A stretch of 63,353 nt of DNA, filler included, from Malassezia furfur (Eukaryota), in the NCBI GenBank assembly GCA_052055015.1. It is 14 parts of 14 records of this genome, joined end to end, with 100 filler letters (N's around TTAATTAATTAA, not from the genome) between each part and the next. Parts side by side here need not be neighbours in the genome. Positions count along the whole stretch, not along the records: positions 9,186 to 13,640 come from JBQJIT010000672.1; positions 13,741 to 18,192 come from JBQJIT010000673.1; positions 18,293 to 22,733 come from JBQJIT010000674.1; 11 more parts are not named here. One strand, given 5' to 3'. Shown here one piece after another: positions 9,186-20,142 of this stretch. The translations under genes and the position numbers were made by a program. The notes beneath the pieces were generated by a model that had not been told where the DNA came from, did no database searches, and saw nothing but the letters and a program-made list of their open reading frames with translations. Numbering within the stretch: the stretch's first letter is position 1; every line of letters starts with the position of its first letter.

Positions 9186-12100
9186 CGCGCCGGCGCTCGG
9201 TGCGGGCGAGCTGCGCGTGGGCGGCGTGCTCGGCGTCCTGCGCGTCGCGGCCCTGGGATGCGGCGTTGGCCAGGATCTCTTCAAACTCGCGCAGGTCGGC
9301 GTCGCTGGCCTTGGCGCCCGCGGCCGACTTGCCCTGCCGCGCCTTGGCGAGGATCTCGGCAAAGCGTTTGTAGACGTCGGGGTTGTACAGCTTGTCTTGG
9401 TAGTAGGGTAGCCCCTCGACGAGTTTCTTCACCGAGCGCTCCGAACGGTACGGGAGGAGCGACAGGCAGTAGGCAATGTCGCGCCATTGGCGCGGCTCGG
9501 TGGTCAGGCGGAAGCGCTGGCACAGCTTCTCGATCACGTTTTCCGCCTGGCGCTCCTTGTCGATAAAGGTGAAGATGAAGCGCATCGTGTTGGCAAACAC
9601 CTCTTCGTCCACGGCGTGCTCGCCGCTGGAGAGGTGGCTGATGATGTCGGGCAGGTTGTTGTACACGGCGTTCTCCTTGGTGGCCAGCTCGCTAAAGAAG
9701 AGCTTCGCCAGGTCGCTCACGCGCGGCTCGCCGTCCTCGAGGCACTTGGCCATCTCGCCCAGCTGGCCCTTGACCTTGATCATGCCGTTGAGGATGAGGT
9801 GCGTCAGCACCATCAGCGTGTTCTTCTTCACGCCGAGGTCCGCGTCGTTCAGGCCGGCGTACAGCCGCTCGCTGTTCTCGTCGACGAGCGTGCCAAAGCA
9901 CACCGCCACGTCTCCGAGCCCAATGACCACGTTGGCGCGCACCACCGGGTCCGGTGCGCTCTTGAGCACGTGCAGGAGCAGCGCGAGGTGTGCGTCGCAA
10001 AACTCGGACGAGATGCACATGAGCTTGGCGAGCGTGAGCGCCGCGGCGCGCTGGACGTACGCGTCGCCAAATGCGTGCGGCGTGCGCAGGATGTGCGCGA
10101 CGAGTGGGCCGTACAGGCCGAGCAGGCTCTCGGGGCCGTACAGCAGCTCGCGCTCCTTCAAAAATGCCATCATGTCGCCGATCTCGTCCTCGGCGTTGCC
10201 CGCGACCTGGTCGAGCTCGGTGCTGGGCCGCGCGCCGCCCTCGGTGGCGTCGCGCTCGCCCTTGCGCCGCTTGAGCTCGCGCTCGACAAGCTCCATGTAC
10301 ACCATCTGTTTGAGCGCGACGTGCCCCACGACAAACAGGAGGCGCGCCAGCGCATAGGCGTCGCCGTCCGCGAGCGCCGAGCGCGATAGGTGCCGAATCA
10401 GCTCAGTGCCGAGCGCGTCGGGCTGCTCGCCGAGCGCATAGATCGCCTGCACGGCGTGCTCCGCAAGGCCGAACCACGCGGCGCGCTGCGCCTCGCCGTG
10501 CACGTCCATGAGCACCGCGGCGCGCAGGCGCGCAAACATGGGGTGCGCCATCGGGTAGCGCACGTTGGCGTCGCTCAGCGCGCCCTTGACCTTTTTCGCG
10601 CTGCCGCTCACGCGCTGCAGGGCGAGCGCCGTGTAGGTCGCGAGGCGGACGTCGCGCGCGCCCAGCGTCCCGAGGCCGATGTGCAGCAGCGTGTCAACCC
10701 GGTCGGCCACCAGCGCGCGGTCGGCGGTGGCGAGCATGCCGAGGATCAGGATCGCGCCGCGCCGCTGCGCCCGTGCAATCGCGCGCGGCGTGGCATACAC
10801 GTCCCACAGCTTCTCGATCACGGCGGGCGCGACGAGGCGCTCGGTATGCATCAGTGCGAACAGCTGCTCGAGGCTCGTCAGCTCGGCGAGCGTCGCACCA
10901 AACGTGCGCTCGATCATGTTGCGCGAGATGCGCGCGACGTTCTCCGCGTGCGACAGCTCGGGGTACGGGTCAAAGTAGAGCGCGCGGTACACCTCGATCA
11001 GGCGGCTGCGCACGCCTTTGAGCTGCGAGCCGTCCTCGAGGACCAGCGCATTGTCCTTCGCCCAGATCAGGTGCACCATCGCACGCACGCCGTCGGCCGC
11101 ACCGCGGATCTTGTACTCGTGCGCGACGCGGAAAAATTCCATGCTCTCGAGCACCTCGGCCTTGAACGTGGACGCGAGCAGCTGCACGAGGATCGGCACG
11201 GCGTGCTCGAGCTTGCCGATGAACTGCAGCGCGTCGTCGTAGTAGCGCAGCGTGAGCCGCAGCTTCACCAGCTGGTCCTGGTCGCGGTGCGTCATCGCCT
11301 GCTGCGACGCGGCGAGCGCCTCGAGGTCCAGCGCCGACTTGCGCGGCCGCCGCCGCGCCGAGCCCTCGGCGTCCGGCGCGGCGTCCGGCTCGGGCTTGAC
11401 GCTTGCGTCGTCGGGCACCTGGGTCTCGGGGAAGACGAGCTGCGCCTCGGCGCTGTCCAACTCGCGCTGCACCACGTCGCGACGCGCGCGCCACACGTCC
11501 GCATCGAGCTCGCCGCCGTGCAGCGCGCCGTACGGGTGTGTCAGGATGAGCTTGGTGAGCAGCGCAATCGCGTTGCGCCGCACATTACTGCCCTTGTCCT
11601 CGAGCGCCCGCACCGCAAGCGCCGTCATCTGCAGGCGGTGTGCGGCAAACTTGACCGGCAGGTCGCACAGCGCCGCGCACGTCTGGATCGCCTTGGTGCG
11701 CACAAACGTCGTGAGGTCCAGGAAACGCTCCTCGATCCGCGCGAAAAAGAGATCGATCTGCTTCTGGTGCGCCGAGACGCGCGCGCCGTCGTCCGCGTCC
11801 GCATCCGCCTCGACGTCGGCGGCGGTGTCGGCAAATTCGTCCTGGACGCACAGCGCGCGGATGAGCACGCCCTGCACCTCAATCATCGCGTTGCGGATGG
11901 GGTACGACTCGCTGTCGAGGTGCACCTGCAGCAGACTCATTTGCTTCAGCACGCTGCGGGCGTTCAGCTCCGCCATGCGCACAAGGAAGCGGCCATAGGT
12001 GCGGGGGCTCTTGCTGTCGAGGCTCGTAAAGGTCTTGCTCGCGACGTCGCGCAGCACATCCTCGCCAAGACGCTCGACGTCGTACTCGATGCGCAGCTGC

Positions 12101-12825
12101 GCAAGCAGCTCGGCCATCGGCTCGGCGAGGTGCTCGTAGTACTGCAGCGACTGCAGAATGCTCGTCTGCACGCTAAGCGCCTGGCCGTGCAGCTTGACCG
12201 CGAGGCCCATCACCTGGAACAGCGCCTTGCGCACCGTGGCGCTCTTCATGTATGCCTCGTTCTCGAGCAGCAGCGCGACGGGACGCAGCATGCACCGCGA
12301 CACCAGCGTGTCGCGCACGGCCGTCGCCGACCACACGTGCTCGGCGAGCGCGCGCAGCACGCGCGCCATCGTGGCAAGCACCGCGGGCATGGACGAGGCC
12401 CACGTCCAGGCGTCGGCAGACGCTTGGCGCGCCGCCGGCGCCGCCGGTGCGCCGCGCTTCTCGAGCACCTGCACCCACCATTGCAGCAGGAAGGCGTAGC
12501 GCTCGAGCGCCTCGAGGGACGCGTCGCCGTCCCATGCGCTCGGCGCACACACGGCCTGCATGCCACTCAGCACGGCATCCAGTGCGCGGTGCACCGCGGC
12601 GGGGCGGAGCGCCGCGCTGTACTTGACGCACGACTGCAGCGCACCGTACACCTCGGCGTCCTGCACGGCGCCGGCGTCGTTCGCGAGCGCGTCGATGGCG
12701 CCGTCGACGATGACAGCTTGCTCATCCGCGCCGAGCGTGTCGAGCAGCACCTCGTGTGCCACATCCAGCTCGTCGTCCTGCAGGCGCTGCAGCTCGTCCG
12801 CCAACACGAACGCGCTGGCCGCCAT
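9186..12825 (-). CDS. YCS4: Condensin I HEAT subunit Ycs4/Cnd1 (CAP-D2), last codons missing
   Basis: Intronless ORF of about 1210 aa with ALEDKGSNVRRNAI, LAELTSLEQL, LMVLTHLILNGMIKVKGQLGEMAKCLED and KENAVYNNLPDIIS. Confidence 0.96.
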
Positions 12826-12869
12826 GGTGGACGCGACGCGTGCGTCACGTGCTGCCTCCGACCCCCATC

Positions 12870-13640
12870 ATGGTAGGTGCGCGCGCTGACGCAGGACCGG
12901 CAAGTGCATGCGCCGCCCGAGGCGCGGCGTGTGGTCGACTTTTTGCGCACCAAGGCGGGCATGAAAGTGCGCCCCGGCGTGCTGAATGGCCAGCGCGCCG
13001 ACTACTTCAAGGGCAGCGCCGCGATCAAGGCGGTGCTCTCGCCCGAGTACGCCAAGTTGCGCAACGTGCCCAAGGTGACGACCGAGGAGGAGGCGGAAAA
13101 GATGCTGCACAACCTGCTCCCGTACGCCTTCTTTCTGCGTGTCGAGCGCGGCGAGAAGCCGGCCAAGAAGGAGGAGCGCCGTGCGCTCCAGGTGAACCAG
13201 ATGCAGCTCTTTGAAAAGGACATGTACTACGCCTGGTTCTACGAGGGGCAGCAGCTCATGATGAAGCTCGCGGGGCTCGGCATGGTCGTTGTGATGCTCG
13301 CCGCGGTCATGTTCCCGCTGTGGCCGCGGTTCATGCGCCTTGGCGTGTGGTACGCGAGCATGGGTGTGCTGTGCCTGTTTGGCCTGCTCATGGTCCTGGC
13401 GGTGGTGCGTCTGCTGTTCTGGACGATCTCGATCGTGGTGCTGCCGCCGGGCATCTGGATCTTCCCGAATTTGTTTGCGGACGTCGGTGTGGTACGTTGT
13501 CGCCCCCCCTCACGCAGGTCGAGTCGTTCATCCCGCTGTGGGCGTGGGACGTCGCGCCGCCCAAGCCCAAGGCGAAGAAGGCGAAGAAGGCGAAAAAGAC
13601 CAAGCGCGACGCGGGCGACGCGGGCGATGCGCCCAGCGAC
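12870..13640 (+). CDS. SEC62: Translocation protein Sec62, 3'-truncated; ATG-only first coding exon, introns 12873-12894 (22 nt) and 13492-13517 (26 nt)
   Basis: DYFKGSAAIKA, YYAWFYEG, MFPLWP, two TM segments, and spliced WIFPNLFADVGV|VESFIPLWAW. Confidence 0.93.
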
Positions 13641-13740
13641 NNNNNNNNNNNNNNNNNNNNNNNNNNNNNNNNNNNNNNNNNNNNTTAATTAATTAANNNN
13701 NNNNNNNNNNNNNNNNNNNNNNNNNNNNNNNNNNNNNNNN

Positions 13741-14000
13741 TTGCACCCGAGCGTCGGCGAGGGCGGCGCGTCGTCGTCCGACTCCGCGTCGCCGAGCGCG
13801 CGCCAGCGCGGCGCCTCGGCAGAGCGCGGCGTGCCGGCCGAGCTCGGCGTCGGGGCGTACGGCGTCGAGTACGAGATCGAGAGCGCGGGCGTGTCGGGCG
13901 TCGCGGGCGCCGCGCGCGTGCGCGGCAAAAAGAAGCGCGACGCACGGCTCGGTGTGACCGTGCCGCGCACGACGCGCGGTCGCGCGCCGTCTTCGCTCAT
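13741..14000 (-). CDS. N-terminal fragment of an unidentified low-complexity protein
   Basis: ATG at 14000 (MSEDGARPRVVRG...) stays open to the contig end, with CACGTG about 75 bp upstream. No family motif recognised. Confidence 0.4.
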
Positions 14001-14080
14001 CGCGCGTCGCGTCGCGGTGGGTGGAGGGGCGGCGCACCGCGCCCGGCTTCGAAGGCTATGGAGGTGGACTTCACACGTGG

Positions 14081-15085
14081 TCAGTGCGCCAGTGCCTCGG
14101 CGCGCTCGGCGACCGCCTGGGCGCTCGGGATGCTCTCCATGGCGCCGTCGACCTCGACGGCCATCGACGCCGCGATGCCCGCGTACCGCAGGATGCGCTC
14201 CGCGGACGCTTTGGTGGTCGGCTCGCGCGCGTCGTGCGCCTGCATGAGCCCCGACACAAGGTAGCCTGCGAACGTGTCGCCCGCGCCCGTCGTGTTGACC
14301 ACCTTGCGCGGCGGCGAGGCGGGCATGTCGATCCACACGCGCTCGCCGTCGACGAGCACACCCGCAAGGAAGCCGCTGCCCCCGCGCGTCACGACGAGCC
14401 AGCCGATGGCCTGCAGCGGCGCGAGGGCCGCGAGCGACGCCGCCGCCGAGTCCTTGCGCTCGCCGTGTAGCGCATCGAGCAGGTCGTCGGACTCGCCCTC
14501 GTTCACAATCAGCACGTCGATGCCCTCCCACGGGAAGGCCTGCAGCTCCTCGGGGCTGAGCATCGGACTCGGGTTAAACACGGTGCACACGCGGTTCGAC
14601 GCGCCGCGCTGCTTCAGCGTGCGCGCGTACGCGGCGTACGCCATGGTCGTCTCGAGCGGGATCTCGTTCTGCAGCATGAGGTGCGTCGCGTCGCTCTCGA
14701 GCCACTGCGCGGGGTCGTCGAGCGCGGGCACCGGCGCAAAGTTGGCGCCCTTGAGCAGCACGATCGAGTTCTCGCCATCCGCGCTCGAGATCTGGATAAA
14801 CGCGCGCCCGGTCGGCGTGTCCTTGGAGCGGTGCACGTCGTCGACCGCGACGCCGTGCTTGCGCAGGTGGTCGAGCGGCCACGGAGCGTCCTCGCCGACG
14901 GCGCCCAGCATCGTCACGGGGACGCCCGACAGGCCGAGCGCCGCCGCGACGTTGGCGCCCTTGCCGCCCGGGCGCGACCACATCTGCGACGAGGAGATCG
15001 TCTCGCCGGGGCGCACAATGTGCGGCACCTGGAACGTCTCGTCGATGTTGACGCTGCTGCGCACGATGCACCGCGCCTGGGACAT
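14081..15085 (-). CDS. RBK1: Ribokinase (PfkB family)
   Basis: SVNIDETFQVPHIVRPGETISS, PGGKGANVA, PTGRAFIQ, GENSIVLLKGAN, LQNEIP and NTTGAGDTFAG. Confidence 0.92.
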   Translation of the reverse strand: MSQARCIVRSSVNIDETFQVPHIVRPGETISSSQMWSRPGGKGANVAAALGLSGVPVTMLGAVGEDAPWPLDHLRKHGVAVDDVHRSKDTPTGRAFIQISSADGENSIVLLKGANFAPVPALDDPAQWLESDATHLMLQNEIPLETTMAYAAYARTLKQRGASNRVCTVFNPSPMLSPEELQAFPWEGIDVLIVNEGESDDLLDALHGERKDSAAASLAALAPLQAIGWLVVTRGGSGFLAGVLVDGERVWIDMPASPPRKVVNTTGAGDTFAGYLVSGLMQAHDAREPTTKASAERILRYAGIAASMAVEVDGAMESIPSAQAVAERAEALAH

Positions 15086-15123
15086 CGTGGTTCACGGCCG
15101 ATCGCCCGATCGCCCTCCGCCTC

Positions 15124-15765
15124 ATGTTTTCGTGCGTCGTGGCCGGGCGCCTGCCGCTGCCCCCGCCGCAGCAGATCGACGCGACGCACGCCGTGTTCCA
15201 GCTGGAGAATGCGGAGCTCATTAACCACCTCGTCGTGTTCATGACGGGCGAGCAGGCGTTCCCGGAGGGGTACGGCGCGACGGTGCACCTGATGTGGCCG
15301 CAGCAGGGCTCCACCGCGCCGCACTGGCAGCTGCTGGGCTGGTGCGTTGCGTGACTGACGCAGCATCCAGAACACCAAACCCTCGGCCATCTTCCGTGTG
15401 CGCGACCCCAAGCGCGAGACGAGCGTCGGGGCGATCACCGCGACGCTCGGCATCAGTGTGGAGACGCTCGACGAGGTCGACCGCCAGATGCAGACGCTGC
15501 AGAGCGCTAAGCCCGCGCAGGGCACCATGGTGCTCGCCAAGTCGGGGCGCGAGGCACAGCTCACCGAGGCCGCCCAGCTCGCGGCGCCAATCGGTACGTG
15601 GGGCGCACTGACGCAGCGCAAAACATCTTTACCTACTTGTCGTCGTTTGCGCCCGAGTCCGCGCCGCAGGCGGTGCCGCTCCTGCAGCGCTGGCTCGACC
15701 AGTTCCAGCGCAAGCTGCAGACGCAGGGCCTCAGTTTCCTACTCAAGGGCGAGGGCGATAGCTAA
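15124..15765 (+). CDS. OPI10: Hikeshi/Opi10 family protein; introns 15342-15363 (22 nt) and 15594-15616 (23 nt)
   Basis: MFSCVVAGR, INHLVVFM, spliced LLGCIQNTKPSAIFR, LGISVE, and IAQNIFTYLSSF...RWLDQFQRKL. Confidence 0.9.
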
Positions 15766-16571
15766 AACTCAAACGAGCGGTTAAAGTCGCGGTAGATCAG
15801 GTCGCGCATCTCGGGCGGCATCAGCGGCGTGTGGTCGCCGCGGTCCAGGTAGCGGTACGGCAGCTCGACCGACTCGCCGCGCCCAAAGTCGAGCGTCGGC
15901 GAGTCGAGGAAGGCGAGGGCCCCCGCGCCGTCCTGGGGGGTGTCGGCGCCCTGCGCCCCGTCGAGCTCCGCAAGCCCGAGACGCAGCCCGTCCTCCACGA
16001 CACGCTTCGTCACACCAAGCGCCGTGTCCGTCGACATCTGCACGCTGCCGAGATGCCGACCGGGGAAGTGGAGCTGGCGCAGCGACGCGGTGCGGTCGCG
16101 CGGCGGGTCGTCGCCGAGGATGCCGCCAAAGAGGAAGTGGGTGAAGGGCGCGTCCTCCGTGTGCGCCGCCTGGGCCGACGACGCGTGCAGGCCGGCGTCG
16201 CACACCGACAGCGGGAGCGGCGCCTTGGGGTCCAGCAGGCAGATGCGCTCGAGCGGCCAGTTGCGCTCCTTGGCGAGCGTCGTGACGGATTTCGCGTGCA
16301 GCTCAAATGCGGCAGGCGCGTGCTGGAGCGTGGGGAACGGCTCCGCAAACGCCTGCTGGAGCGCGCCGAGCGACGCCTCCGAGAGCGACGTAAAGTGCAC
16401 CGTCGAGCCGGCGCCGACGTGGTAGAGCATGTGGCGGTACTGCGTGAGTGGGTGGGCATACCCTGTTGTGAGCGAAGCGACCTACTCGAGCAGCGCCCAG
16501 GGCGGGAAGTGGGCCGGCGCCCCCGGCTCGTCCTCTTCCATGTGCTCGATGATGTATTCTGGCCGCGGCAT
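15762..16571 (-). CDS. SFM1: SPOUT protein-arginine methyltransferase Sfm1; exons 16571-16486, 16462 (1 nt), 16439-15762
   Basis: YIIEHME...WALLEYRHM, ICLLDPKA, FLFGGILGDDPPRDRT, RHLGSVQMSTDTA and ESVELPYRY. Confidence 0.9.
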
Positions 16572-16974
16572 GGTGGAAGGTGGAGGTCCGGCGCTTTTTT
16601 TTTTCGCCGTTTTCTTGCTTTCGCCCACGATGGCCCGCGGGGCCGACCGCGGCCGGGCGACCGGCCGGGGCGGTGTGCCGCGCGGCCGCCCGTAGTGCTG
16701 ACGGCAGTGTGAATGGAAGGTCTGCTGTGCGGTCGATGCCGTGTTCCGTGCGGCCGATGCCGTGTGTCAGTGGGGCCTGGCCGTGCGTCGTACGGTTGGG
16801 CTGTGTCAGCGGCGCCCTGGGCGCCCCGCCCGCTCTCCTTATCCCGTGCCTGCTTCTCCCACGCAGGGGCGTCATTTATGCGGTCTGGGCTTGGTTGTTC
16901 TTGCTCGCGGAGATCGACGGGTATTCCTTCGCTATCAGCCTCAGATGCGTCGATGAAGGCTCATAGATAGTAGT

Positions 16975-18192
16975 CTACCCACATTCTGTCTGTGCCGCGT
17001 CCTCTACGGCGCGCTCCATGTGTGCAATCTGGTCGGCGATCGAGAGCTGCGTGCGGTGCTGGTGCGCCCGCAGGCTGGCGCTGCGCCCGAGGTCGGCCGG
17101 CGGCGCAAAGAGGCTCGGTGCGAACGTCTCGGGGCCCTTGTCGGCCGGCGCGCGCGGCACCGACACGGGCGTCGTGGCGCGCCGCTGGAGCATCGGTGCG
17201 GTGTCGACGTGGCGCACCCACACGGGCGACGCGGGCGCCTCGGGCGAGCTGAGCAGGAAGTCCTTGTCGGTGTCCTCGAGCTCGTCGGAGAGCTCCATCT
17301 CCATGCTCTCGCCCTCGCTCTTGTCCTCGAGGTCGTCGACGGCGCGCGACGTGACGCGGTACAGGTACACAAAGATGCCGATGCACAGCGCGAGGCCGAG
17401 CACGCCGGCCACCTGGCGCACGCGCTCGGCGTGCAGCAGTGGGTCGTCTTGGGGGGTATCGTTGGTCAGCACGCCCATGTTGCTGTGCGTGCGGTTGCTC
17501 GGTGCGTGGTAGTGCGCAAAGCTGTGGATCGACGCGCCGAGCGCCGTGTGCACTAGCAGCTTGGGCAGCGCGAGCGCCGTGCACACGAGGTAGGTGCGCA
17601 GCCGCAGCTGGCTCGCGCTCGCCAGCAGCGTGTTGAGCAGGTTGTACGGGTACGGCGCGAGGCGCACGAGGAACAGCAGGCGCGGCTGCTTCTCGATGGC
17701 GCGCACCACGCGCCCGAGGCCGCCGCTCGCGCGCAGCAGCCGCGTCATCCACGCGTGCAGGTAGGTGCGGCTCAGCGAGAAGACGGCCAGCGCGCCGAGC
17801 AGCGCCGCGACGTAGCTCACGACGAACCCCTGCCACATGCCAAAGGCAAAGCCGGAGAGCACCACGAGCGTAGAGTACAGGGGGAGGGGGGGGAAGGTCG
17901 TCACAAAGATCATCAGGCCAAACACCACGCGGCCCGCCCAGCCCCACCGGCGCAGCAGCACCGAGAGGTGGTCGAGCGCGCCAAACACGGCCGTGTGGAA
18001 GGTGAGCACGAGCGTGGTGCTCGCGAGCGTCACCACGAGCCAGATCAGCAGCGGGATGTACGCGTGCAGCCACGGCGGCCGCCAGCACCGCTGCCCCGTG
18101 TCCGGCTCGCGGAACGCCTCGTCCCAGTACCGCAGCTGCTCCGCGCCGCGCCGCGCGAGCTGCCGCGCGAGCTGCCGCGGGTGCGCGAGCGT
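16975..18192 (-). CDS. TVP38: Tvp38/TMEM64-like DedA (SNARE-associated Golgi) membrane protein, 5'-truncated
   Basis: FPPLPLYSTLVVLSGFAFG, LLFLVRLAPYPYNLLN, LPKLLVHTALG and several TM segments. Confidence 0.82.
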   Translation of the reverse strand, partial: TLAHPRQLARQLARRGAEQLRYWDEAFREPDTGQRCWRPPWLHAYIPLLIWLVVTLASTTLVLTFHTAVFGALDHLSVLLRRWGWAGRVVFGLMIFVTTFPPLPLYSTLVVLSGFAFGMWQGFVVSYVAALLGALAVFSLSRTYLHAWMTRLLRASGGLGRVVRAIEKQPRLLFLVRLAPYPYNLLNTLLASASQLRLRTYLVCTALALPKLLVHTALGASIHSFAHYHAPSNRTHSNMGVLTNDTPQDDPLLHAERVRQVAGVLGLALCIGIFVYLYRVTSRAVDDLEDKSEGESMEMELSDELEDTDKDFLLSSPEAPASPVWVRHVDTAPMLQRRATTPVSVPRAPADKGPETFAPSLFAPPADLGRSASLRAHQHRTQLSIADQIAHMERAVEDAAQTECG

Positions 18193-18292
18193 NNNNNNNN
18201 NNNNNNNNNNNNNNNNNNNNNNNNNNNNNNNNNNNNTTAATTAATTAANNNNNNNNNNNNNNNNNNNNNNNNNNNNNNNNNNNNNNNNNNNN

Positions 18293-18796
18293 CGCGCCGT
18301 GCGCGACGATGCGGCGGAGCCGGTGGCCGCCGGGCCTGCGGCGCAGGACGCGGCGCCGGTGACGGAGCGCCAGCACGCACGGTCGTTTGTGCTGCGCGAG
18401 CAGACGCTCGGCAACGAGGAGGACGAGGCCTTGCCCGAGATTGTCGTCAAGCGGCGGCGTACGGACGCGGGCGAGCCCCGTGTGAAGGAGGAGCCGCAGG
18501 AGCCCCGCGTAAAGGAGGAGCCGCAGGAGCCCCGTGTGAAGGAGGAGCCGCAGGAGCCCCGTGTGAAGAAGGAGCACGGCGAGGAGCCCCATGTGAAGGA
18601 GGAGCCGCGTGAGGAGCCCCACAAGGATCCCCACGAGGAGCCGCGTTCGACTCCGCCTCGCGCGGCCCCCGTCAAGGAGGAGCCTGCGGACGACGCTCCT
18701 CGCACGTCGCCGGCGCCCCCCGACGATGCTATGTTTCGCAAGCGCAAACCCCGTGGCGGCGCCACGAAAAAGGTCACGAGCCGGGCCTTTACATAG
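18293..18796 (+). CDS. C-terminal fragment of a nuclear protein with VKEE repeats (possibly WBP4/U1-type zinc-finger family)
   Basis: Open frame to a TAG stop with FVLREQT...IVVKRR...(EPRVKEEPQ)n...MFRKRK. The family call is tentative. Confidence 0.45.
   Translation, partial: RAVRDDAAEPVAAGPAAQDAAPVTERQHARSFVLREQTLGNEEDEALPEIVVKRRRTDAGEPRVKEEPQEPRVKEEPQEPRVKEEPQEPRVKKEHGEEPHVKEEPREEPHKDPHEEPRSTPPRAAPVKEEPADDAPRTSPAPPDDAMFRKRKPRGGATKKVTSRAFT
18473..18640 (+). repeat. Coding minisatellite, 27-bp unit GAGCCCCGTGTGAAGGAGGAGCCGCAG, about 3 near-perfect and 2-3 degenerate copies
   Basis: Tandem units are directly visible and encode EPRVKEEPQ. Confidence 0.9.
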
Positions 18797-18903
18797 ATAC
18801 CCTAGGATGCACGTCCCTCTTCGGGCGTGGGCGCCGGCCGTGCGCGTGGAGGAATTGGCCCCTTTCGCGCTGTGACCTCCACCTCTGCGTTGTGGGCGGT
18901 GGG

Positions 18904-20142
18904 ATGGCGTGTGCCGTGCACCATGAGCGCGTGCCCCCCCAGGGCTTTGCGCACGGCGCGATCGTGCAGCTGACGGTGCCGGACGCGCCGGACGCACACG
19001 TGTTCCAGTGGCCGCCGCACCGCGGGCGCCTCGTGAGCCATGCGGTGCTTGCGCGGGACGACGTGCTGCGTATTTTCGAGGTGCGCGAGCGCGACGGGAC
19101 GACGGTGCTGGTGCAGGTGCGCATGCACCGGCTGTTTGGCGAGGTGACGGGCGTGCGGCCTGTGCGCACGCTCGCGAGCCAGTACGACGGGCGCGACCGT
19201 GTGCTGCTGGCGTTTGCCGACGCGAAGCTTGCGCTGATGGAGTGGAGCGATGCGTACGGCGACGTGCACACCGTGTCCATCCACACGTTTGAGCGTGCGC
19301 CGCAGCTGGCGCAGGGCGTGCGCCCGTGGTTTGTGCCGGCGCTGCGTGTGGATCCCGCGAGCCAGTGTGCGGCGCTGCTGCTGCCGCAGGATGCGCTGGC
19401 GATTCTGCCGCTGTACCAGGACGTGGGCGAGCTGCAGCTCGGCGACGAGGCGCCGAGCGCCGCGCAGATCGTGGCGCACGTCCCGTATGCGCCGTCGTTT
19501 GTGCTGTCGCTGCCGACCGACGTCGATGCGGGCATCCGCAACGTGCGCGACCTGCTGTTCCTGCCCGGCTTCCAGAAGCCGACGCTGGCGGTGCTGTACG
19601 AGGCGCAGCTCACCTGGACGGGCAGTTTGTCGGTGGCGAAGCAGACGATGCACGTGTGCTTTGTGACGCTCGACCTGACCGTCGGGCACTACCCCGTGAC
19701 GGTGACGAGCGAGGCGCTGCCGTACGACTGCCTGTACCTGGCGCCGTGCCCCGCGTCGCTGGGCGGGGTGATGATCGTCACGCCCTCGGCGGTGGTGCAC
19801 ATGGACCCGACGGCGCGCCTCGTGGGTGTCGCGGTGAGTGCGTGGTACGAGCGGAGCTCGGCGGGGCTGCCGCTGCCGCACGCCGACGTCGCTGCGCGCG
19901 ACCTGCAGGGCTCGCAGCTTGCGTTTGTCGACGCGACGCACGCGCTGCTCTTCTGTGTGGACGGCGCGGTGCTCACGCTGCGATGCGACGTCGAGGGCCG
20001 CTCGGTCACGGCGCTGACGCTGTGTGCCGCGGACGCCGATGCGGCGCCGTCGCCGTGTGCGCTGGCGCTCAGCGTGCCCGGCGACCGTGTGCTGTGTGCG
20101 TCGATGCTGGGCGACACGCGGCTGTACGCCGTCGAGACGCTC
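18904..20142 (+). CDS. CFT1: CPSF160/Cft1 N-terminal part (about 410 aa); homology ends abruptly at about 20142
   Basis: HRLFGEVTG, LLAFADAKLALMEW, TVSIHTFER, LRVDP, PYAPSFVL, IRNVRDLLFLPGFQKPTLAVLYE, TWTG and LPYDC. Confidence 0.85.

Noticed and set aside
10390..12876. Very long antisense or alternative-frame ORFs (828 aa here; also 18802-20751, 45523-47532, 46509-48599, 52403-54112)
   Set aside because: They are Arg/Ala-rich shadow frames of GC3-rich genes, where stops are scarce, and they show no domain motifs.
16905..16965. CTGAG...ATACCCG words and a CCTTC/GAAGG stem on the minus strand, reminiscent of a TPP riboswitch
   Set aside because: The conserved elements are in the wrong order and spacing, and the neighbouring genes are unrelated to thiamine.
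18473..18640. 27-bp repeats as a possible CRISPR array
   Set aside because: The units are contiguous with no unique spacers, are in frame within a CDS, and lie in a eukaryotic genome.
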